From: Azolla caroliniana
Lineage: Eukaryota > Plantae > Polypodiophyta
Length of the DNA: 64,000 nucleotides
Direction of reading: 5' to 3'
Assembly: GCA_043228905.1 (NCBI GenBank)
Contig: JBHGNT010000001.1
Location: forward strand, 6,138,001-6,202,000
Numbering within the stretch: position 1 is the first letter of the stretch; the number at the start of each line of letters is the position of its first letter. Below the pieces are notes generated by a model that was not told the origin of the DNA, did no database searches, and worked only from the letters and a program-made list of their open reading frames with translations. A program made the position numbers and the translations under genes. This document shows positions 1-12,745 of this stretch, piece after piece.

Positions 1-227
1 GGTTCCATGAATTTATATCTTAATGCTGCAACATTTTACAGAAGAAGAAAATAGATGGGAAACATCATTTTGAACCAATGAAAGCGTAGAAGAAAACAAA
101 GATTTTCATAAAACAAATCTGTGCTGCACATTATTCGACCAATCTCTCAGCAAACTGTTCCATTGGTTCTAAGTACATTATTTGACCATGTATGCACAAC
201 CAGCTGACAGGAGTAATTGAAGGTCAC

Positions 228-3200
228 CTGATCTTTACGGATCTTTTCAAGCTTCTGGAAAGCTGAATCTTCTTGAGCTTTCTTTTGTTGCTCAATACGT
301 TGACTTTCTACCTTACTAAAAAATTCATCCATTGCAGCATCAAAAGTTTTGAAAGTAATGAAATTTCTATTCGTGTGTTGATTGAGAATCAATGGTGAGA
401 ACTCCTCATAGAACTGCAAAGTAATTTTAAAAAGAAAGAAAAAGAGATCTGTTACTGATGCATAAATGATGGATAGCCATGTGCTAATGTCAACAAAGAC
501 TTTGCAAGTTAGTGTACCTTTGATGATGACTCTTCGTTAAAAGATGAAACCTTTTCTCCACTGTTCTGAAGTAATATATACCCTTCAGGAAGCCGCTCAC
601 CAAAAATTATATCTTCTAACCAATCCTCAAACTTTGAAATAGCTGAATAAATCTGCTCAATCATATCTTGTTTGATATTTGGAATAAGATCTCCATTCTC
701 ATTCTTCATAAACATTTTCATATTCTTTGGAAATCCTGTGTCTAAAACTATATGCTCAGAGAGAGCAGGGCCATACCCTAAATTCTCTGCAAGAACATCC
801 TTCAACGTTTCTTTGTCTTTCTGGGCAGAAGCATTCTTCCAAGACTTTTTCCCCTTCACTCTCACTCCATCTGCTAAGTTGATATCTGAGTTGGTATGAT
901 TTTCATCACTTTCCTTGACATTAGATTCAGATATGTTTGAGAACAGAATCTGTTCAAGTTTCTTGACAGACGTTCTCTCCCACTGCCGACATGAATCAAC
1001 AGGATACTGATGGTGAGTCATCATGGACAACCCCTTGTCCTCATCCCTAGAGTCCCACAACGTAATTTTGGTAAATAAACATACAGGAAAAGATGCAATA
1101 TATTATTGTCTCTAGCAGTGCCATCTGAGCAATTATAGTCAACTCAACCCTTTTTCTCCCTTTACGGTGTTGATCAAAGAAAAATAGGGAAATAAGAAAA
1201 ATTCAAATATTTCAATGATTTTCACTAGGAGTTATGAAAATTTGTTCCATTAAATACAACTTTATGAAGAAGAATATGGTAAACTTGGAACAAAAGTCAA
1301 CTTATATAGGTCATCACAGAACTTGAATGCATGCCATAAATAAAAGCTCTTCGTAACAACCTGTGTGTACGTAACAATGTCAAAACCGTATAATTATTGT
1401 CCGTAAGCAAAAGGTTTCCTTGTGCATAAAGTTCAAGGATGATATGGAAAGCTCGCTCACCCATGCCAAATTGGAAGTCAACAACCTGGATATATAAGAA
1501 AATCCAAAATAAAACTGAATTATATGAACCCAACATATGTAGTAATATCATTCCTACCACTATGACAAACAATCAGTCACCCACCTCTCTATGAACATGA
1601 AAAATCTAAGTCTGCATTCACATGGAAATGAAAATTTTGGCAATCAATAAAGACACCAAACAAATTCAAAAAATTGTCATTTGATTTGAAACTCTTCAAA
1701 TCTATCCATAATTTAAATACGGGATAGATTATATAACGATTGTCATAGGTTCAGATATTTGGCCATTAATCTTATCAAGAGTAGAGTTTTTATTGTTACT
1801 CTAACTTATCAAAGAAAGCGTTAAACACTGTGAAGTAAACTCTAAGGGATTTGAGGGAAGATTTAATTTGGTCACTGTTTGATTAAATTTCTCTGTCTGC
1901 CAAAACTTCATGTCCTGTAATACAAAATAAATGCACAATTCAAGGTTTACCGTAATATAGATGTGAAAGATAACATACCCGATCCATTCCCAACTGCCTA
2001 ACCTCTTCCAGCCTTTTTGTTCGTATGTGCTTTCTAAGCTTCAATGTAAAACCTGACGGGGTAGTGCTTTTGTCTCTGATAAAAATGAATATATATGCTT
2101 TTAAGACTGATGCCAAAAAAATGACCCATTAAATGACCAACTGTAGCCACCAACAATGAAACATCGTAACAGATACACCTAAGCCACCATTTAGTACAGA
2201 ATTCACTGTTTAAATGTGCAGGATCAGTAGCACATCTGCATCTACTGTAGCATACAATTGTTTAAATATGCAAATACAAATTTGAAATATATCAGCTTAC
2301 GACTTAATGAGCTGTTAGCATAGAATGGACATAATAAAGGGGATGATAAGAAAGATTGTGATAAAGAATCACAAGAAAGATATTCAACCCAGTATAAGTG
2401 TATCATGCTAGCTCATCGAGTTTGATATTTTACTACAGATGCTACTTCATTGTGCCTGAATGTTCCAAAATGTTTTCTTTGGTGTTATGATGACTTGGAG
2501 AAATTGCAGTTTGAATTTTTTATTGCACGTGGTATAAATGAAATTTGGTAGCAACTCAGGGTGAAATTCACGCAGTTTCAAATATATAGGCCTCCAAAAT
2601 GTTAGCTTTACTAATCCTAAAGGGTTCAGATACTTGGAGCTACGAGTGTTCCTATTTGTTACAGATATCATTATGAGGTGGCACATGTCCCACGGATAGA
2701 GAAAATGCATGACGAGCTGAAAATAGACAAAAAAGCACCAAATTTGGATTGATATTATCATCTCGAGAAATAATCACAAAATTCATACTATGATTCTATA
2801 GAGAGAGAAGCAAGAAAATCGTTAAAGGTGGAGAACTCAAAACTCAAGATCAAGACTGATATTCTGAACATGAGCGGGAGTGAGAATGAGCACAAGATTA
2901 TTACATACATCTAAGCATAAGGGTAGTTGGAAGGACAGAACCCCACACGAAGTGTTCTTGTAATATTAAATTCAGAATTCTCTTCAATGTTATTCTCTTT
3001 CTCTTCGATAAATTTCAACTACCTCTTGAGCATGAGAGATTGAGTGAAGGGGCACACATAATGGATTGTGTTATTATATAGAAGAGATTCATATGATCCA
3101 ACTTCAATCAACCTTATTTATGCATAAATAGTAATGTAAATATAGAATTGTCCACGCAAAGAAGTTGTACTTGTATAATGACTTTGTGACTGTTTGATTG

Positions 3201-4901
3201 GCCATTGGAGAAATAAAGAGATAAGATCATTGGATTTATAAACATTAACTCTCCGTTTCTTCAGGAAATTGTTCTATAGCTAAAGTTATTGTCTCACTCC
3301 ATCAAGTTTGGCAGGCACTCTGTATATGCATGTAATCATATTGACTCTGAAGAGAAATGTCTGGATGTCAATTTCTACATTCAGAAATTAATTTGGAAGA
3401 TTATTTTAGCATTGTGGTTGGCATTATTTCATGTTTTTCGTTTTATGGTTAGTGTGGTCCCCAACCCTTGGGTTGCAGAAAGTATTTTGTTAAGCCATAA
3501 CATTGAACCAAACTATTAGCATACGCAAGCTCAAACTAACAATCTGAAGAGCTTTTATAATGGGAACCTATTCCTGGAAATTTGAACCCACTGCTTTAAA
3601 GTTATAAATTACAAGTTTTATTACTACATCATCATGTTGATGAAATTTGATAAGGTAAGTTTGTAAATCTATAGGCAACAAAGTGTTTCTTGCCTAGGAT
3701 GTTAATTATGCATTACATTATGTTGCATAAAGGGGATGTTTTCACATTGTGCTTTAGAATCTAATCTCTTGTTTATTGTTCTAGCTAGCGCAAATAGTGG
3801 TCACTCTGCTTCAAGGTAAATCACTCACTAACTAGAAAGAATGTGCCCAGCAATAATTTTTGCCATTCTTTGAGAACGAGAAATGCATACTGAATAACTG
3901 ATGACATGCTGAAAAAATTGTAGAAGCAAATCTCACTCAGAGTGATAAAGACAAACCTTGAAAATTCTGTTTTATGCAATCTTATCCCGCTCTCAATCAA
4001 CAATAGAACTTTTTCACTCTCTCCTGATTCCGTAACCCCACTGCTCTTTGCCAGCTTGAAGACATATGTCTGTATCAAATGCACAATACCAGGAAAACAA
4101 ATGTGAAAAGCACGCTACAGTTACAAAAATCTCTGTGTTCACTTGCACAGTCTCAAGCTGAATGATTCAGAAATTCTGAACATGCATGCTATTGCTCTAT
4201 CAAAACAACACAATCTCCGATTGAAGTTCATGTATATATAAATTAGTATTGAATCTTTCTAATTCTATAGTTAGAAGCAAGCTACACTTTTTTGAAATCA
4301 CAAATGTATATATTCCCTTGTTCTTTTGCACAATTTCTAATTCTAGAGAATCCCGTTGAAAATCAGAAATTGTTGAAGGAATGTGTACAAAACTAGTACG
4401 TACCATAGAACTGAGTGGAGTGAAGAGGGTTTATCAGATAGAAAATGAAGGATATCCACACAGATAATTAAAAACTGTTGAATAAACTATTTACAAATTC
4501 GTATACGCAATAGAACAGTAACATACCGAAAGGAGAAAATGATTAATTTTGCGGACAGGAAAAAACAAATGAAATAAATTTTAAAAGCCAAATTTTGTTT
4601 AATGAAGTAAGTTTCAAACTGGTAAATAGCATCGTCATGAAACGACGAGAAAGCCAGAGGGAGAAAGGAATGAGGGGGAGGGGGGGGGAAGGGAAATTAA
4701 GGGAAATTAAGGTTTAGCAAAAAGAGGGAAAAGAATCATGATTAGATTTTTCTTTTCCCCATGATGAGTCGCAACTTAAACAGAATATATAAAAACCTTG
4801 GGGGAGAGATCGTAGATATTCGAGCAGTGCATTCCGATGAGCGACCTCAGGCATTTCACTTCTGCTGCGACATCTGCGGTGTTCATACGAAGCTTCACCA
4901 T
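228..4901 (-). CDS. NEMF: Nuclear export mediator factor / ribosome quality-control RQC2 homolog, 5' part. Coding exons 4797-4901, 3957-4069, 1979-2075, 1361-1485, 518-1046, 228-413; gene continues past the window start
   Basis: All six exons have GT-AG boundaries with consistent phases. Spliced reading: MVKLRMNTADVAAEVKCLRSLIGMHCSNIYDLSPK-TYVFKLAKSSG...ESGIRLH...PSGFTLKLRKHIRTKRLEEVRQLGMDR-VVDFQFG...ILELYAQGNLLLTD...YGPALSEH...FDAAMDEFFSKVESQR, the recognisable NEMF/NFACT-N motifs. Confidence 0.95.
2750..3229. mobile_element. Probable solo LTR in NEMF intron 2
   Basis: Begins TGATATTA and ends TAAGATCA (7/8 inverted match). TTGGAT flanks both sides (2744-2749 and 3230-3235). Confidence 0.55.
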
Positions 4902-5189
4902 CGTCGCTCTTTCGTCTCCTCGCTCCTTTCTTCCTTTCCTCCTCCTTCTTAGTGTTGTTATTTCTTCTTCTTCGTCTTCTTCTTCTTCTTCTTAATCTTC
5001 TTAATCTTATATTGTTATTATTATTTCACGCTACCATTAGTAGTAGCATTTCTTCTATAGCTTTCGTTTGTATAGCTCTCGAGATGAGATGAGAGACCCT
5101 CTCCTCCAATATGATGCACCGCGGGATGGACTGTTATGTCCTTTCCTTTGCATCTTCCCCGAATTTATTTCACGCACACAATCTGTTGC

Positions 5190-6130
5190 ATATCATGAAA
5201 TTGGTGGCCCGTCAAATGATCCTCCCATATGAATCAGATCGTCTAGATGTTCTATATATTTGAGTTGCGACTTTTTCCCCATATTCAACGATACAATACA
5301 TGCTTTCTTGTACCACTCTTTCAAAGTCTCTTCCCAATACTTGATCTTGCGATCATTATACTCACTAGACTTCCCATCACTATGATCGTGTGACAACCAT
5401 TGAACATTTTGACTTTTACAATGCTCCTCGAGGATCCAAATATGTTTATTACAGAGCTCCATACAATAAATGTGTCCTAGTAGAGTTGCTTGTCCATGAA
5501 AAGACTCTACTTGCAATTTTTTCAACATGCATGCTTGACTTTTACAATGCTCCTCGAGGATCCAAATATGTTTATTACAGAGCTCCATACAATAAATGTG
5601 TCCTAGTAGAGTTGCTTGTCCATGAAAAGACTCTACTTGCAATTTTTTCAACATGCATGTGTTCCAAGATATGTTTAGACAAACAGGCAAAAACCAATGC
5701 CTCTTCAATGAGAGATGCAATGGACACCTATCCAATTTGGAATAACATGCTTCATCAACATTAGGGTTCCATATATCATTGGCAAGCATTGATGATACAC
5801 CATTAGTAGTTAATCCAATGAATTTGCTTAGGCTGAGGTATCATTAACTTATTAGATGTTTGACATGTTCGTGTATAGTTTGCTCATCTACATTTGTAAC
5901 AAACCCGTATACTCGATTTGGCCTCTACATCACAAGTACATATGTAACATATACAACAATGGTCTATTGTTCGTGATTTCATCTAGCATCATATGGTAAC
6001 ATGGAGAACTTATCAGATTTGAAGTTTGCATTTCTACATGTTTCCCAATGGCATACAACAAGTAATATCCTTGCATCCGCAATGCATAATTAATTTGGTT
6101 CAAAATGTTGGACACCTTGAATACTACGGC
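5190..6130 (-). mobile_element. Degraded hAT-family transposase relic
   Basis: Minus-strand fragments YHMMLDEITN (LDE-T motif), TTNGVSSML (TDGASSM motif) and GVHCISH (HCxxH motif) occur in hAT order, with stops and frameshifts. Confidence 0.6.
5409..5660. repeat. Near-perfect 126-bp tandem duplication
   Basis: ttgacttttacaatgctcctcgagg...ttcaacatgcatg occurs at 5409 and 5535; the duplicated peptide is visible in the ORF track. Confidence 0.9.
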
Positions 6131-8273
6131 CTCATCTCATGGGTGACAGTTTTTTTTCATATATCTATCTTATAGATGAGATATTAATGCTACCTCTTCT
6201 AATGAAAATATTGTATCCCTGCATTAATTAGCTTGCAACAACTTATGATAAAAATATTCATATTCATGTATTAATAAGTGTACAATTTTGGAACTCTAGT
6301 GTGCAAGATAGGTATGATGCCCTTCAACAGAAAAACAAAAATGTTGATGATTTACATAGTGCTCATCCTCTAAGACGGGCATGACTCCATTATCCTCAAT
6401 ATGACAAACACAATGCCTTAAATGGAAAAAGCAACTTCTTACAATTTTATTATTAACAAGAGTTGCATAAAAAAAATTTGTGAATCCTTTCAGCTAAATC
6501 TTCTCACTTTGTAAAGATCATGTGTTGACACTGCAATTTTAGAGGCCCTATGAAGTGTTGAAAATTTTCAAATAGACTTTTCCAATATCTCTAAATGAGG
6601 GATATTTCTATTACTTCAATAATTCTCATAACCACAAAAGGGTACACAAAAGGAGTGTAAAAAAGTGCCCACATTGGACGCCTTGCATGAAAAGTCATTG
6701 ATGAATTTTTACTTATGAAACAAGCGTCCAGCAAACCACTAATACAAGTTTGATGAATATATTTGCCTTCAAATAAACATCAATATCCTCTCTAATCATT
6801 CTCTAACCTATGCTTTGATAACTTTTGTAATTTTCTATAAGATATCAATGCATTATGTGCATCCTATGACATTACTACAAAGGCTTCCAAATTAAATGCT
6901 ATGGTTGAGTAGGCTGCTTGATTAATTTTATCTTTTCCAATTCATTACAGGACTTTGATATGCGAAAGCAATGAAGCACTTTCACCTTAACATTGCATGA
7001 ATGCCATATTTTGATATACAAATAGGGTCATGGAAAAGAAACTCGTAAAAAGAACTATAGACCGAGGTCCAATCATCACCTGGACACTCATCACAGATAA
7101 CCAATTTCAGAGCAAAACAGCTTTGAGATTACACAAAACGGCATACTTGAGCTTCCTTCAAAAACTGTACTTAATGAAGAAGACTCTACTTATCCCTGTA
7201 TTGAAAGTTGAAACTGGTACGGTGTATAACTTGAGTCAATTAAGTTCCCTTGGTACAAAGAAGTTAGATCATATGCTCAAGTTGATGGTCTTACATAATC
7301 AATCTTATAAAGAAAAAAAGAAAAAATTGTCAGCATTGTATTGTAATTTTTATTCACTTAAAATTAAATGTTATTGCTAGATAAGAGTCTCTCTTACCTA
7401 ACAAAGGTTGTGGTTGTGTGCCATTAAGAAGGTCAAAAACATCTCCCAGTTCCGAACCCTTCCGCACCTATCCATAACAAGAAAGCCCAGTCAATGAAAT
7501 ATATCATTAGTCCAATAAACCCCTAGTAAATAGTGATGTTCAATTTTCTCAACAATTTATAAGCGTAGTTTGTAACTGTAGCCCATACTTTATGTGAACT
7601 GTGTCTCCTTCCAAAATCCCAATTTGTCAAGTGTGATTAATGTTTCAATGGACTATACAATCCGTAATCCAAAGCAATGTATTACAGCATGGAGAATTAA
7701 CCTTAAAAAAATATTAGAGAACGAAACCTTCATAATAAACTTACAAAGATAATGTAACCTTCTATAGATAGAGATTGATTAGAAAAAGAAGTGAAACATA
7801 CATGAAATAACTTAATTTTTTCGATGTTTTGAGTTTAAACATTTATATTCTTCTTTTCTACTCAAGATTCCAAAAAAACAATAGTAAGTGACAGCATAGC
7901 ACGTGAAATATGAATTCCACCCTAGGATTTCAAAAATAATAGCAAGAGATAATGCTAGTAACAAAAAAAATAATGAAAACAAACTATGAATTACCCCAAG
8001 CATTTATTTTCCACCAAAATACCCGAGTTTCTGTTATTTTGCCAAACTACAAAGCGAAAGAGGTGATGAATCCCCATACCACTCACTACTCAAATAGCAT
8101 ATATGGTTTCTCTTTCGGAAGTTGAGCAAAGGAATGGGGAAATAACGAAAACCCAGTGGCATTTGAGGAGATAAGAAAAACCTCAGAGGCAGAAATAAGA
8201 GAAAACTTTAAGAAGAAATCAGTGACATCAGTAAAGAAATTACAAATTTTTCACAGAATTAATAATTACTAAC

Positions 8274-8889
8274 CATATTAATAGCTGTCTGCACCAGATA
8301 GATGAGCCGCTTTGCTCCAAAATCTTGGGTTCCTTGCATGATGTGAAGTGCCGTACCCAGGTTGCTCTCAACCGAGAACCTACAGTTCGTGTAGCGCAAT
8401 GTGTCAAGCAACCGAACAACATGTTCTCTAAGGTCAGTCTTTTGGTCACACCTCCTACAGATATATTCCATGTCTAAACCGAGTGGTTTCACAACTCCAG
8501 CCAAACGACACTCCAACGCGCACATCAGATGAGCTGCATGTCCACAGAACTCAGCCCCAGACAGCCTAGCAAAGCATCGAACCGATGTATAGGCACTGAA
8601 TCCACACTTCATCATCTTTCCGCACAATATGCACACACATTCTCGGCAAAACTCAGGTTCGCTACAACAAATATCGCATGGCATTATGCCAATGGGGCCC
8701 AAAGCTAAGCTTTCACCTATTATTAGACCACAATTGGGATTGCCGGCTTTGCAAACACGTTCTGATTTCAAGAGTTCCTTTGAATTTTCAGGCTCTAGTG
8801 TGTCTGTATTTTCCACATTTTTGGATTTACGTGATCTCCCTGGTTGCTTTGGATCCACTACCGATACCAATCGAAAAAAAATACAACAA
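8274..8889 (-). CDS. OBERON-like PHD-finger domain protein, main coding exon (other exons not resolved)
   Basis: CDICCSEPEFCRECVCILCGK...VRC...FCGHAAHLMCALECRLAGVV..LGLDMEYICRRCDQKTDL is the PHD_Oberon cysteine pattern. CAG acceptor at 8890-8892, GT donor at 8272-8273. A probable upstream exon ends at a GTAAGT donor at 9953-9958. Confidence 0.85.
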
Positions 8890-9320
8890 CTGAAATAAGT
8901 AAGGCATAAAACTGTGGTTCTCTTTGAGAGAAATATTGTGGAAAAAATATATAAATGATATATGAAAAGACAAAACCAAATATGAAGGGAATTGTAATAA
9001 TGCAAACTTTATCTATCACTTGGAAATAGATTTTATCATCATGGTATTTTTCAAGGGAGATGGTTCTATTGGTAGATGAAAACCAAAACCAGTATGACAG
9101 AAATTACTAATTAATGTATCAAACACTTGAAAAGATAAATAAAAAGATTAAATTAATCATGGTTCATGCAGCCAAAGACCCTAACATGCAAAAAAAAAAA
9201 TCTTCTGTTTTCCCATGTATCGAAAAAGAAGAAACAATAAACCCAAATACTATCAACTCTTTCTATTAGTTGAACAAAGTCTCACTTTTCTTGACAGAAT
9301 TAAATATGTGATCAAGAGAC

Positions 9321-9322
<2 letters not shown>

Positions 9323-9352
<30 letters not shown>
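9323..9352. repeat. (GT)n microsatellite
   Basis: Direct reading. Confidence 0.95.
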
Positions 9353-9355
<3 letters not shown>

Positions 9356-10146
9356 GATTGACCATACCATTTCCCCTCACAGGCATATAATATATATGCA
9401 TTATGCTTCAAATCATAGAAAATTCAAGGCTCGGAAACAAAACAAGAATTTACAATTTATAAATTTGCCAGCACATTATCTAAATTCCATAAATCACTTA
9501 CCTATAAGTAATTACCCGTAAAGATTGACAATAGCATTTCAAACCATGAATGTATATTCATACGCATATGTGTGGGTCATGCTTGATCACATTAGATGAG
9601 CAAAATAAACCACAAATTTTCAACATGCAATGAAATATTGCTGATAAAAAACACTTTTTCCTTCTTTTTTGCATACACACAGGTACATTTTTGAGTTTTT
9701 TTTTAGATTTAGGAAATCATGTTCTTCTGCGTTTTCTTACCACATTAGATATGAATGACGAAAAGCTGAATTTACATCAAAACGAAAAATACTTGACCGC
9801 CTCAAACGCATGAAAACCAGGGTTAGGGTTAAGGGGGAAGTGAAAAGAGTTAGTGTTAAGAGTTGAGAGAAATTAACGCAATATTTCGAATATGTATGGG
9901 TACATCACATATAGACAACACCAACAGAATAAATAGGCAGGATATAACTTGGACTTACTTTCAGATCGTAACGGTTAACCGCACTAAGCTCGGAGTGAGC
10001 ACGAACGCAGAGAAGAGAGACGTACTACAAAGTTCTAACAATAGAACATTGCCGCGATACAGACAGATATGGATGGGGGTTCAAATCTGCTTGCGGTTCT
10101 TGGATGGGGAATAGGATCCGGATATGGACAGGTTCCGATCTTCTCT

Positions 10147-10485
10147 TGGTTTGGTGAAAGAATGCCAATATGGACAGGCAGGCAGGCCATAGGTTCGAAT
10201 CTCACCTTGCGCCTAGTGAAACAAGCATATGCTACATGGATCGTTTTGGTTACCTCGACATCCTTTCACAACAATGATAGATTGTATGTTTGGTATTGGA
10301 TTCTTGTTGGTTTGGTGAAAGAATGCCTCTGGGGAACCACACGATTGCTAGGCATGCCATAGGTTCGAATCTTGTTCGCCTCGGGTGAAACAAGCATATG
10401 CTTACATGGATTGTTTTGGATACCTCGAGATCCTTTCAAAACAATGAGAAAATATATGATTTGGTGTTTGGTATTGGATTCTTTG
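10147..10485. repeat. Diverged tandem duplication, unit about 160-175 bp, upstream of the OBERON-like gene
   Basis: ttggtttggtgaaagaatgcc...gccataggttcgaatct...gtgaaacaagcatatgct...tacctcga.atcctttca.aacaatga...gtttggtattggattctt is present twice. Confidence 0.8.
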
Positions 10486-10814
10486 GTACAATAATACATG
10501 GGCCTCGATTGGATGTAAGAATATGCTCTGGTGGCCTATCCTTCTCACTCTATATATATTGAGGTTAAAAGCCTTTGTGTGTGAGACCACCATCGACACG
10601 CAAGGCCACGAGCAATGTGGAATATGGCAAGTATTGAAGCACCTCAGAAACGTTTCGAGGATCATTCAAGGGAAACATGAGATATTGGATCTACAAAGAC
10701 ATCTACAATGGAACACCAACCAAAAAAAAATCTAGATTACCCAAGGCAAGTCATACAAGTTCCATATAAATATGAGCATCTAAGTGGTTGGTGTTCCTTG
10801 TAGGTGGCAACAAT

Positions 10815-11330
10815 TGGTGTATCGTGCAGGAGCACAACATCTTGTCTATGTCAAACAACATGCCATGAAGACAATTATTATAGATCTTGGTACTAACGTA
10901 AGCTTAAAATAAGGATAATGAAAAGATAGATAGAAAGGAGAAAGAGAAAGAAGGGTGCCGATCCACCCGACCACCCCCGAGCGAAGGGATCGAGACGGAC
11001 TCGAGCCTCGATCGACGTCCCATACCACCGTCGTGGCGTCGAGTCGTACCTGGTGCTGGCGCGCTCGCTACAAGAGTTGACCCACCACACGAGCAGAGTC
11101 TCGATGTAGTCCAAAGATGATCAAATGAGGGTAGCTAGGCCTCTTATTTATAGCGATACCCAAGGCCCCCAGGCAAGTTCACACTTGACCTAATGGGTTG
11201 TCTCAATCCCGAGGATTAAAAGTAATCCTCCCCTTCTTTACACTCTCGTTTAACCCTCACACTTATCCACGTGTATAGAATACTACGGTAAATTCTTACC
11301 ACGGGATATTATATGGTCATGCCCGTAACA
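10815..11330 (-). mobile_element. Solo LTR (516 bp)
   Basis: TG...CA termini flanked by a 5-bp TSD ACAAT (10810-10814 and 11331-11335); TATAAATA on the minus strand near 11145-11152. Confidence 0.7.
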
Positions 11331-12309
11331 ACAATGGATCGAAAAATATAATACCATGTACCAAACGTACTCCCTATATTAGCAAACATTTGGTAGAGTG
11401 CATAGAGATCAAAGTTGCCCACTCTAATGGTGTCCTCATATCAAAACATCTTCCAAGTTCCCACCAAAGGTAAGACTTGACTTAATTAGTGGTTAAGCCT
11501 TGCAAACTAAAACTGTGTTTTTTGCCTTCTAAGCCGAAAAATTTACAACCAATGTGACACTCACATTTAACTATATATAGGAACATGATTTCATGCCCAC
11601 GAAAATGACATCAAATATATTCTTCCCCACCATCATTGTTGGACTCTCTCTCTTTCTCCCGCCATCAAGATCATCACTATCCCCCACATTATCTCCCTCT
11701 TTGCCATCATTAGAAGCCATCTCTTTCCTTCCTCACAAACATTTTCACAAACACGATCCCTATCCCCCAACAATCTTGATAATGCACCACCCACGCATCC
11801 ATCATCCATTTTCTCCCATACCAACAACTCTTAAAAAGGTCATCGGTTTTCTAAAGAGCAACACATTTCAAAACCCGCTCAAGAGTTGCACAAACACAAG
11901 TATATATTCGTAAATAAACTATCCTATTTGTAGTTGCCATGATAAGGTGGGGAATACATCATTTTCTTTGGTAACAATGGTTTGTTTATGGCCAAAAACT
12001 AGTTGTTTTTCCATCTCAAATATGTCATCTTCAACAAAACATGTAGATCTAATTTAGAACACACCATCGAAAGCATCATTGCATTATGCCTTTGCAAAAT
12101 GATGAGCTTTGCATTGTCTCATCACAAAACTAATTTCTCGAGGCATGTGTTGGTAGTTGACAAAAGCCTTATGTTGCTCCTAGATCATTCCAAACACCAC
12201 ATGTTTACGAGTTAGTCTTCGTTTAGCTTGAACATCGAAATATTTCATTGCTCTAATTGCCGATGCAACATGTAGTCAAAGGATCACTGCCTAAAACTTG
12301 ATTAGCATT

Positions 12310-12745
12310 ATGACCTCTAAACCAGGTCACAATCATGACACAATTGCATGGATGTTGGTTTTGAAGCTTATTCACTATGAGTGCAATGCAAAATGAAGCT
12401 TCCAATCCCATCAATTTTGATGTGCATTGGCAATCTTCTACAATAGCATCAAAAGTGTATTGTTTGTAATTATGGCGAGCCATTGGCATCGAGATAGTAA
12501 GTTGTGCTTTCCTTTTGTGTGATGGCATTATGATATCTAAACCAGGGCACAATCATGACATGGTAGCATGTATGTTGGTTCTGAAGCTTATTCACTATGA
12601 GTGCAATGCAAAATGAAGCTTCCACTCCCATCGAGTTTGATGTGCATTGGCAACCTTCTACAATATCATCAAAAGTGCATTGTTTGTAATTATGGCGAGC
12701 CATTGGCTTCGAGATAGTAAGTTGTGATTTCCTTTTATGTGATTG
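12310..12745. repeat. Diverged 220-bp tandem duplication inside a probable DNA-transposon relic
   Basis: tctaaaccagg.cacaatcatgaca...tggcgagccattggc.tcgagatagtaagttgtg is present twice; paralogous peptides appear in ORFs 12253-12552 and 12470-12769. Confidence 0.8.

Noticed and set aside
7030-7380. 116-aa plus-strand ORF
   Set aside because: No motif; lies antisense to the probable 3' region of the OBERON-like gene.
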